Shown piece after piece: positions 36,719-44,981 of a stretch of 64,000 bases of DNA; positions within the stretch are counted from its first letter, which is position 1, and each line of letters opens with the position of its first letter. The translations under genes were made by a program, and so were the position numbers. The DNA is from Luteolibacter sp. (GTDB lineage: Bacteria; Verrucomicrobiota; Verrucomicrobiia; Verrucomicrobiales; Akkermansiaceae). The stretch lies in NCBI GenBank assembly GCA_039925065.1, contig JBDSZP010000080.1:2582-66581 (forward strand), given 5' to 3'. Below the pieces are notes generated by a model that worked only from the letters and a program-made list of their open reading frames with translations, was not told the DNA's origin and searched no databases.

Positions 36719-39700
36719 ATGCGTAAGTTCTTCCTGATTTGGTTGGTCGTCGGACTGACTTGGCTCGCGGTCTCAGCTCCCGCCCAAACCCCCTCGCCAA
36801 CCCCAAGTGTCGAGGTCTACAGCACGACCTCAAATGGCATTGGCCTCCGCTGGACAGCCTACTCCCCCAAGGCTTTTGGGGTGGGTCCTTGGCCAGCAGT
36901 AGTCTTTTTCCATGGCGGTGGTTTCCGATCCGGCAATACCAACACGGACGAGGCCAGAGACGCGGCGTTGGTCGGCATGGTCGGCTTCGCTGTGGAAACA
37001 CGTCTCGCACCCACGCACAAAACGATGAACTCAACCGCGCCCGGGACCCACCCCGCACCCGGTCAGGATGTCACTGTCCCTCCCGACGATGGGCACGCGC
37101 CGGAGCACATCACAGATGTCCGGGCGGCCATCCGCAAAGCCCGCGCGGACCCGCGCTGCAACGGGAAAGTCTACATGGTGGGTGGTTCTGCCGGTGCCTC
37201 CTATACGGCTTATATGTGCGCGACCGGAACGCCCGGTGACGACATGCCGGACCGCGCGGCTCTGCTTAGTATCGGCATCTCGAACATGACGGATCCAAAC
37301 ATCATGGATATTGCGACGGTGGTGGGTGAGGCAGACCCGACCTACAACGTCTTGAACTATATCGCGGGAGTCTCCCCAACGGATCTCAATGGCAGAAACT
37401 GGCGGCCCTACATCACCACACTCAACGCTGCCTCTCCGGCCAATTTCGTCCACCCCGGAAACATGCCCCCGATGTTCATCATGTGCTCGGACAAGGACAG
37501 TCTCGGCATCCCGGCTTCCAGTGGTTTCAGCATTCCCAGTTATGGTTCGACGAATCCCCCGGTGCCCAACGGTCCGGCGGAGAATGGAACCAATGGCTGG
37601 GTCTCCCTCTTGGCTAATAATGGCTATGCTCGGGATGACTACCCCGCCGGCGCTGCGCCCACGCAGGGACGTTTTCGAGCGTGGATTGTCCCGGTGCTCG
37701 CGCACGAGCACGAGTATGCCTACTGGAACACCAGCACCTATGTGCCCACGGGCGTTAAGTCCCCAGTCCTGACTTGGCTTTTGGCTGCGGCTGGTTCGCC
37801 CACCCCCACTCCGACGCCCACCGCGACCCCGACGCCAAGCGTCACCCCCACACCCACCGCCACCCCGTCTCCTCTTGCATACCCCAAAGGAGTGTGGGGC
37901 CAGTATGGCGCGGCCGCCACTCCTCCTCCCGGCCTCTATTCGAATCTCGGAATCGTCGGCATCGGCGTGAGCGAGGATTGGAATGTCATTGAAAATGTTG
38001 CTCCGATAAGTGGTGTGCACCAATACAACTGGTCGACTCTCGATGCGAAGATCGCGGTGGCCAAAGCCCACGGCTTCAAGGTCAACCTCATCATCACCAA
38101 TTCCAGCGACAACACTCCTGTTTGGCTTATCAATCAGGAGAAAGCATTAGACCCCGCACGCATCGCAGCTGGGCAACCGGCAGAAGTGCTTGACCTCCTC
38201 GACCCCGCCAGCACTCACGCTGCGACGTTCTGCACCCCGATTCAAACTATCGTCTACTGGAACACTGCCTTCCATCAGGCCCGACTCGCTTTGATTGCGG
38301 CGGCGGGCCAACACTACGCGAGTGACTCGGAGATTGTTTCAGTGACCATTCAAGCTTTCAATCACAACTCGAACGATTGGAACATTCAAGACAGCGTCTA
38401 CAAAGGCACTAATATAGGAGATGATCAGGGGACCTTGCAATGCCGTCCGTGCCCGGGCGGTGGCCACCCAGGGGAAGTCTGCGGTCCTCGCACGGATATC
38501 GATCAACCGCTACAATGGATTAATGCGGGCTGGACTGAGCCGCGTATGGTGCAGGTCGGTAAAGACATCATCAACGCAGCCATCGCGGCCTATCCACGCC
38601 AGAACATCAAGATGCCGATCGGTGGCTTGAATGATCGCCTCGCGGCGGCTGGGATCACTGGCGGAACCGGAGATTACAGCCGGATGGCGCGCGACATCGA
38701 TGCCTATGTCTACGGGAATCCCGCTGCTTCCCCGCCGATCCCCGCGCAACCCTACACGAATCGCTTCTGGATGCAGCGAAACATCGTCGATGACACATGG
38801 GGCAACGGGTTTGATAAGTATGACCCTGCGGGCTCTCAGTATGCCATCCCCGGGACGGGTTCGCAGAATTACATCAAATACATGATCTACAAGCACACTC
38901 AACAGAGTGGGGCCACACCCAAGCACGGTGGGTTGCAGATGGTTCAGGCAGCGACAGGGCACTTGGATGGTTGTCGCTTGGCGCAGAATTTCACGGGCTG
39001 CAGCGGCGGAGTGTGTCCCGGAGGGGCGGACCCAGCCTTCGATCTCTGCGCCATGACTCAGGCGCTCTTCATGACGTCGACCTACAACGTTACGTTTTCA
39101 GAAGTCTTCCCGCAGGATTCCTCCAACTCCGCTTTCGATACGCTTTTCAGAGACTACACCACCACGACTATGGGTGGGGCACTACGCGTGGACCCGACCA
39201 CCACCCCCAAACCCTACCCCGGGGGTGTCGTCTACCTGATCAACGGGAACGACAAACTAGCCTACTTCGAGACCACTACGGTCCCGCCGGTTCTCCCTCC
39301 CGCCCTCAACTACGATTACATCGACTACTTCCGCATCCGCCTTAAGTGGACGGACATCCAGCCGGATAGTGCGGGGGTCTACAACTGGGACCGTTTGGAC
39401 AATGCTTTCGCGGTGGCCGCAGCCAAGAACAAGAAGCTCGGGCTGAGTGTCGCGGCGGGTGTCTCGACTCCGGCGTGGGCTTTCGTCGGTCTTGACACGC
39501 TGACAGGTGCTGACGGTGTGCAGCCTATCTACTGGCAGGCTCTCTATAAATCCCGGTGGCAGACCTTCGTAAACGCGCTGGCCGCGCGTTACGACCAGAA
39601 CCCAACTCTGGCCTATGTTGGCATCACCGGCTTTATGCTAAACAACGAGATGTATGTCGCGGGGACTACGCAGGAAGATACCGACTGGAACAACAAGGCT

Positions 39701-41614
39701 TTGGCGGATGGTTATAGCGATGGCCTTCTCGCTGGATATGGTGCCAAGCGTGCCGCCTATGTACCAGCCGCCGCTGCCATCATCGGCTATTTTGAAAGCG
39801 CCTTCGTGAAGACTCCCTGTGTCCTGACACTCGCGCGCCCGTGGAGCGACAACACCATTGGCGACGACGACAAGGACGCGATCAATGCTGCTGCGCACAC
39901 GGCTTACGCGCGTTACGGAGAATCAATCGCGTCACAAAAGGCTGAGCCTGGGTTGCCCAACACGCCGCCGGTCTACTTCACCTTCCCTAAGATTTCTCAA
40001 GCTGTTTCCATTTCGACAGACCCCGCTCGCTTCTATGGCCCATCGCCGCCCTCGCCCTACCCGACCCCACCCCAACCAGTTCACGATCTTTTGATGTCGG
40101 CTCGCCAACAGGGGCGAACCGCAGTTGAAGTGTATGGCGGAGATATCGACTCTGCCCCGGGCATCACCGGTCCGACTCTGGCTGCCGACCGGCCCTTCCT
40201 GATCGCCAATTTGACGGAGGCCCCGCCCACCCCAACACCGACGCCTACCCCCACTCCGACAGCGACACCCACGCCTACCCCTCCGCATGGCGTCGTCTAT
40301 CTCCCGAATCAGGGGAGTCTCGACAATACTATTGTGGCCTCTTCAAATGTCGACGGTGTGGTCATCGGCGCAAAATGGATTGACCTTGAACCGACGGCAG
40401 GAAACTACGTGTTCTCGGGGGCCACCATAACCGGAGATCAGTCGCTCGATTCCCAGCTCGCCGCCGTTGAGGCGCAGGGGAAATGGATTCGCGTCACCAT
40501 CTCGACCGGCGGACCTTTCACCGACTCGGGGTCCGCCACCACTTCCGCCGGTAAAAAGCCACCGTGGCTCCGGACGTTGATCGACGCGGACAGCTACGCC
40601 GGTGGAAAATATTTCTCCTACTACGACGGCAGCTTGATTGCCACCATCCCCGTTTTCTGGGAGCCAACTCTGCTGACCCGGCACGCTGCCCTGATCGCGG
40701 CGGTGGGTGCTCACTTAGCCAGTCATCCTTTGGTCAAGGTGATCTTCGTCCCCTATGCGAATGCCGTCACAGATGATTGGAATATCGGAAGCATTGCAAA
40801 TCAGGTTGACGGTATCACACCCACGAATTCCACCCCCAACAGCCGGTGGCTGAGCACAATCACCGGGTCTTCGTATGCCAGCATGGCGGACGCTTTAGTG
40901 GCGGCGGGGACCACCACCTACTCGGCCTACCGAACCGCTTTTCCCGGAAAATTCCTCACCACCTCGATCGGACGACTCGACGATCTTAGTTTGAACCCGC
41001 GTCGCACGAACTCTAACCACGGACGCAATGTCACCGAAGAAGTGCTGGCGGCCGCCAACACCGCCGCACCGGGGTTGGTTACCGCGCAGAAGAACAATCT
41101 CAACTCGAACATAACCTCCGGGAGTGTCGTTGCTTCTTCGAGTGCGTGGTATGACCTTTTCATTTTGCCCTACCCGCACGCCGCTCAGATGGTCTGGCAC
41201 AGTTACAATGATTGCCAGAAACCTGGGCCACCCCCCGACCCTCTGAACGGGGATTTGTTTGGGTCTGAGCGCATGAACGCGGGCACCGGCTCTCCTTGCG
41301 CGGATTCCTCTTGGACTTTGCAGCGCGCGATTGAACAGGGGATGACCTACACGACTGCATGGCAGGAGATTTATGAACTCGACATTCGGAATCTCGGGCC
41401 GGGTAATCAGGATCCCCACCCCACGGACCGGGTTGATGTCATGACCTACGGCCACGCGCTTTTGAATGGTATCCCTCCTCCAACACCGACCCCGACTCCG
41501 ACCCCAACACCAACCCCCACCGCAACTCCCACCCCCAGTGGCAGTCCGACGCCGACCCCTTCCCCGCCGGCTAATCTTTCTGCTGTAATTTCTGTGGGCC
41601 CTGTGCGACCATAA
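36719..41614 (+). CDS. secreted multidomain esterase plus three GH-A (GH42-like) TIM-barrel domains with PT linkers
   Basis: Signal peptide; HGGG/GGSAG; three W..I[EQ]P..G.Y.W..LD...P.W modules separated by Pro/Thr linkers. Confidence 0.8.
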   Translation: MRKFFLIWLVVGLTWLAVSAPAQTPSPTPSVEVYSTTSNGIGLRWTAYSPKAFGVGPWPAVVFFHGGGFRSGNTNTDEARDAALVGMVGFAVETRLAPTHKTMNSTAPGTHPAPGQDVTVPPDDGHAPEHITDVRAAIRKARADPRCNGKVYMVGGSAGASYTAYMCATGTPGDDMPDRAALLSIGISNMTDPNIMDIATVVGEADPTYNVLNYIAGVSPTDLNGRNWRPYITTLNAASPANFVHPGNMPPMFIMCSDKDSLGIPASSGFSIPSYGSTNPPVPNGPAENGTNGWVSLLANNGYARDDYPAGAAPTQGRFRAWIVPVLAHEHEYAYWNTSTYVPTGVKSPVLTWLLAAAGSPTPTPTPTATPTPSVTPTPTATPSPLAYPKGVWGQYGAAATPPPGLYSNLGIVGIGVSEDWNVIENVAPISGVHQYNWSTLDAKIAVAKAHGFKVNLIITNSSDNTPVWLINQEKALDPARIAAGQPAEVLDLLDPASTHAATFCTPIQTIVYWNTAFHQARLALIAAAGQHYASDSEIVSVTIQAFNHNSNDWNIQDSVYKGTNIGDDQGTLQCRPCPGGGHPGEVCGPRTDIDQPLQWINAGWTEPRMVQVGKDIINAAIAAYPRQNIKMPIGGLNDRLAAAGITGGTGDYSRMARDIDAYVYGNPAASPPIPAQPYTNRFWMQRNIVDDTWGNGFDKYDPAGSQYAIPGTGSQNYIKYMIYKHTQQSGATPKHGGLQMVQAATGHLDGCRLAQNFTGCSGGVCPGGADPAFDLCAMTQALFMTSTYNVTFSEVFPQDSSNSAFDTLFRDYTTTTMGGALRVDPTTTPKPYPGGVVYLINGNDKLAYFETTTVPPVLPPALNYDYIDYFRIRLKWTDIQPDSAGVYNWDRLDNAFAVAAAKNKKLGLSVAAGVSTPAWAFVGLDTLTGADGVQPIYWQALYKSRWQTFVNALAARYDQNPTLAYVGITGFMLNNEMYVAGTTQEDTDWNNKALADGYSDGLLAGYGAKRAAYVPAAAAIIGYFESAFVKTPCVLTLARPWSDNTIGDDDKDAINAAAHTAYARYGESIASQKAEPGLPNTPPVYFTFPKISQAVSISTDPARFYGPSPPSPYPTPPQPVHDLLMSARQQGRTAVEVYGGDIDSAPGITGPTLAADRPFLIANLTEAPPTPTPTPTPTPTATPTPTPPHGVVYLPNQGSLDNTIVASSNVDGVVIGAKWIDLEPTAGNYVFSGATITGDQSLDSQLAAVEAQGKWIRVTISTGGPFTDSGSATTSAGKKPPWLRTLIDADSYAGGKYFSYYDGSLIATIPVFWEPTLLTRHAALIAAVGAHLASHPLVKVIFVPYANAVTDDWNIGSIANQVDGITPTNSTPNSRWLSTITGSSYASMADALVAAGTTTYSAYRTAFPGKFLTTSIGRLDDLSLNPRRTNSNHGRNVTEEVLAAANTAAPGLVTAQKNNLNSNITSGSVVASSSAWYDLFILPYPHAAQMVWHSYNDCQKPGPPPDPLNGDLFGSERMNAGTGSPCADSSWTLQRAIEQGMTYTTAWQEIYELDIRNLGPGNQDPHPTDRVDVMTYGHALLNGIPPPTPTPTPTPTPTPTATPTPSGSPTPTPSPPANLSAVISVGPVRP

Positions 41615-41619
41615 CCCCC

Positions 41620-42492
41620 ATGCCGGCTACAGGCTTTCAATCTTATTACCTGAACGGGTATCTTTACCACGCAGCTCCCGGCTCCGTGGTCCCTCCGGGA
41701 GCAACGAATGTCACAACGGATACCGGGACCAGCTCCCGCAATTCTACGGCAGCACCCTCCGGGTTGGGCGGGTCTCAAGAAGGTCGGGGCGGAGGTCGGA
41801 TCGGGAGCAGCGGAGACATCCCGGGCACGCAGATTTCAGCGGCGGCCGCCAGCTCGATCGGTGGCAGCGACGCCCCGGCGTCCAACTCTGCCACCTCTTC
41901 CAGCCCGGGGACAGGTTTCGGCCCTTCCCTCGGCACAGGCCTCATCGACGCGGCCAACTCTGGTGCGGCTAGTGCGATTGGAAACGGCTTGTCGAATGCA
42001 GCAGGCCAAGTCGCCAATCGTATTCTCCCCGGTACCGGCTATCTCGTCACTCCAATTTTCCACGGCCTTGGGTCTTTGGCCCACGCGGTCGTCACTGGCA
42101 TCGGTCATCTTTTCGGGGGGCACTCCTCCACTGGTCTTTACTCCCCCAACCCCGCTGACGCCAACGGTTCGGGGTGGAGGGACAGTGCGACAGGGTCATC
42201 GTCCTCATCTTCTGGGACTGAGGGTTGGAGGGAGAGTGCCTCCGGCGGGGATACCTCTGGTGGGGACATTTCTGGGGGGGATTCTCCCGGTATGGACGGC
42301 GGTGTTCCCGCAGAGCCACTCCCGGCTTCAGAAGGATCAAGCAATGACATCGGGACCGATCCGCTGCCCCCCGACAATTTTGGCGGTGGCGATTCGACAG
42401 GTTTGGGCGGCAGCGGAGACGCTACCTCTTCGACCGGAACCGCCGACGACGTGCCGGATGAAGAAGACCCAGAAACCGCGAGCTCGACATGA
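41620..42492 (+). CDS. Gly/Ser/Asp-rich low-complexity protein
   Basis: Tiles between neighbours; amphipathic GLGSLAHAVVTGIGHLFGG segment; acidic tail. Confidence 0.6.
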   Translation: MPATGFQSYYLNGYLYHAAPGSVVPPGATNVTTDTGTSSRNSTAAPSGLGGSQEGRGGGRIGSSGDIPGTQISAAAASSIGGSDAPASNSATSSSPGTGFGPSLGTGLIDAANSGAASAIGNGLSNAAGQVANRILPGTGYLVTPIFHGLGSLAHAVVTGIGHLFGGHSSTGLYSPNPADANGSGWRDSATGSSSSSSGTEGWRESASGGDTSGGDISGGDSPGMDGGVPAEPLPASEGSSNDIGTDPLPPDNFGGGDSTGLGGSGDATSSTGTADDVPDEEDPETASST

Positions 42493-42932
42493 AAATTTTA
42501 ATCGTAGAGGACATCCCGGATATCGCGGAGGCTCTGACCAAACTGCTGACTGTCCGAATGGATCACGTGGAATGCCGCACAGCCTCCACGTTGGAGGAGG
42601 GTCTGCGGGTTGCGAACGAGTTCCATGCCGATCTGACTTTGCTCGATTTGATTCTGACGGATTCCCCATTGGAAAAAGTCATCAACAGCATTGGGCTCTT
42701 CACCCCGCCGGTTATCGTCGTGACTGAGCTGGCGGACGATAAAGACATCCTTCTCGCGTGCATGGCCAACCGCGCCCAGAAAGTTATCAGCAAGCGCGGG
42801 CTTCTCGGCGTGCTTGACTCCATCGGCAGCAACATCAAAGCCGACGAATTGGTCATAGCGATTATCGACGCCCACCTCCGGAATGTGGCACCCGGGAGGA
42901 AGAGCGAGTTAACTTTATGTAATGTACGATGA
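42489..42932 (+). CDS. single-domain response regulator (CheY-like receiver)
   Basis: KILIVED, DLTLLDL (phospho-Asp), PVIVVT and ISK conserved receiver residues. Confidence 0.85.
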   Translation: MKILIVEDIPDIAEALTKLLTVRMDHVECRTASTLEEGLRVANEFHADLTLLDLILTDSPLEKVINSIGLFTPPVIVVTELADDKDILLACMANRAQKVISKRGLLGVLDSIGSNIKADELVIAIIDAHLRNVAPGRKSELTLCNVR

Positions 42933-43389
42933 CCTCTCTGACATCGCCGCTAACCGTGCGCGCATTGCCAACGATCCTCCGGTGGTCGTCACGGTCGAGC
43001 AATTTAAATTCTACGCTTGGGCGATTAAAGGTCTGGTCGGTACGGTTGTGCTGCTGGCTCTTTGGTATGCCCGGGTCGAGTATAAAATCGGCGGTTACGA
43101 CAAGATTATTGCGGAACGCGGGGCGCAGATTGCTGCCAACACCGAATACAGAACTTCAAATAACATCGTTAACCTCGGGATGCAAAACTCCCTCGATTCA
43201 CTCCGTGATCGGTTCACCAACTTGGAGAATCGCGTGAACAAAAACGAACCTCGGACAAACGAGATGTGGTTCCTAAAAGAGCACGGCATCAGCAACAAAG
43301 AAGATTTCGCACAGAGACACGGATACCGTGCGCCGGAAGACCCGGACCTTCCAACACCCACACCATCCCCAACCAGCACCCCGAAATGA
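42922..43389 (+). CDS. TM plus coiled-coil protein (lysis accessory/holin- or spanin-like)
   Basis: One TM (GLVGTVVLLALWY) followed by coiled coil. Confidence 0.5.
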   Translation: MYDDLSDIAANRARIANDPPVVVTVEQFKFYAWAIKGLVGTVVLLALWYARVEYKIGGYDKIIAERGAQIAANTEYRTSNNIVNLGMQNSLDSLRDRFTNLENRVNKNEPRTNEMWFLKEHGISNKEDFAQRHGYRAPEDPDLPTPTPSPTSTPK

Positions 43390-43712
43390 ACGACACCACA
43401 CCCCCTCTCGACCCGGTCAATAACTCTCGCGTCATCCACATGATCGTCTTCACCGTGTGCGCAAGCGCGTTGGTGGGGGTGTTGACCGAGGCAGCCTGTA
43501 TCATCTTCAAGATACCGGACATGAACAACACCCTCTCTGGAGCCTTCATGCACGTGGTCGATACCCTGATCGGCGCCATGATCGCCATGCTCATCCAGAC
43601 GCGGCCGCAGGCACAGGTCTCCCCCCCGCCCGCGCTGGATGCTTCCGGGGCCACGCCCGTCACGATTTCCAATCAACCCAGCAACCCCGTCCCGGTGCAC
43701 GATGCATCTTGA
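43386..43712 (+). CDS. putative holin (2 TM)
   Basis: Two hydrophobic helices; located upstream of the lytic enzyme candidate. Confidence 0.55.
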   Translation: MNDTTPPLDPVNNSRVIHMIVFTVCASALVGVLTEAACIIFKIPDMNNTLSGAFMHVVDTLIGAMIAMLIQTRPQAQVSPPPALDASGATPVTISNQPSNPVPVHDAS

Positions 43713-43746
43713 CAAGCCCCCAAGCCTACCAGACCTTGCCCCGCTT

Positions 43747-44148
43747 ATGAACAAACTCGTCCTCATCCTCATCTTCGCTCTCTTCACCAGCTGCTCCAGC
43801 TGCTCCTCCATCCACATCGGCCAAGACCCTGTGGTTGTGAATGCCGAGCGCACCACGCAGGTTGCCCTCGATGCTTTCGACGCGGTCGAGAAGATCGACC
43901 TCGATGGCTACGCATCCTTCAAAATGGTGAACCCGAAGGCTGCTGCCGCCGAACGCACTTTTGTCAACAACCTCCGCGCCCACCAATACGAGTGGGTGAC
44001 CTCGGCTCGCACCGCCACCAAAGCCTACAAGAACAACCGGGATGCGGCGCATAAAGCCACTCTCGACACGGCCATTATCGTGCTGGTTACTGCAACCCGC
44101 GAAGCCAACAAATACATCATGGAGATTCACTCCGCCGCTCAGCCCTAA
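43747..44148 (+). CDS. lipoprotein (spanin-like)
   Basis: MNKLVLILIFALFTSC lipobox; helical body. Confidence 0.6.
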   Translation: MNKLVLILIFALFTSCSSCSSIHIGQDPVVVNAERTTQVALDAFDAVEKIDLDGYASFKMVNPKAAAAERTFVNNLRAHQYEWVTSARTATKAYKNNRDAAHKATLDTAIIVLVTATREANKYIMEIHSAAQP

Positions 44149-44153
44149 TCATT

Positions 44154-44351
44154 ATGTCCCCCGAAGCAATCATCGCCCTCCTCACTGCCCTTGAACCCCT
44201 TGCTGCCGACGTGCTGGCCTTCTGGCTCGCCGCCAAAGATCACCTCGCTCAATCCGACGAACTGTCTCCCGAACTGGAGGCTGCACTCGATGCCCGCATC
44301 GAAATGATCAAGGTCAATCCCGAGGAATACCAAAAGCAGCAGCCGCTGTAA
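44154..44351 (+). CDS. small helical protein
   Basis: 65 aa within the lysis-like cassette. Confidence 0.6.
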   Translation: MSPEAIIALLTALEPLAADVLAFWLAAKDHLAQSDELSPELEAALDARIEMIKVNPEEYQKQQPL

Positions 44352-44357
44352 TAACCT

Positions 44358-44981
44358 GTGTCCCGTCGCGTCGTCACACTTGATGGTTGTGACGTGCTGG
44401 AGGACGACTTCAAGCGCGTCTATTTCACGGCTAATGCCGACATAGACGCGGACGGGATGAATGGTCAGTCCCGCGATCCCGGCACGGACAAGAGGCTTTT
44501 TGCCTATGCCCCCGGGGATCACGGGAGAGATGCGCTGAAGAACGCCGGCTACCCTAATGGGAATTTCAGGGAGATTTTGGTCTGCGGGTCGAGCAACCGG
44601 CCGCTGGTTTTCAACGGTGGGTTCCATTCGAAGACTGCCTACTTCCGCGAGGAAAAGAAATGGGATGACCCGGATCGGTATCTCGACTCCGCGTCCGTCC
44701 CCTACATCGTCGTGGAAGATTTTATCCGGAAGCGTGTGGGCGGCGTGGTGCTCGGTTGTCGAGCTCGCGTGACTTGGCGCGGCGCCTCCGTGGAGTGTGT
44801 GGTGGGCGACCTCGGCCCGCTCTACAAGCTGGGAGAGCTTTCCGTGGCGGCAGCGGATGCCCTCGGCATGGACTCAAACCCCCGGACCGGCGGCGTGGAA
44901 GAACATGAAGTTCTCTACGAACTCTGGCCGGGGCATTCCGCGATTATTGGTGGGGAAACTTTTTCTCTGATTCGTCGATGA
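44358..44981 (+). CDS. GH75 (chitosanase-family) glycoside hydrolase, candidate endolysin
   Basis: ADIDADG, LDSASVPYIVV, VVGDLGP..KLGELSVAAADALG, LWPG. Confidence 0.8.
   Translation: MSRRVVTLDGCDVLEDDFKRVYFTANADIDADGMNGQSRDPGTDKRLFAYAPGDHGRDALKNAGYPNGNFREILVCGSSNRPLVFNGGFHSKTAYFREEKKWDDPDRYLDSASVPYIVVEDFIRKRVGGVVLGCRARVTWRGASVECVVGDLGPLYKLGELSVAAADALGMDSNPRTGGVEEHEVLYELWPGHSAIIGGETFSLIRR

Noticed and set aside
37795-41565. Short tandem DNA repeats as CRISPR or VNTR
   Set aside because: They encode Pro-Thr linkers with varied codons; there is no repeat-spacer structure. No CRISPR array was seen in the window.
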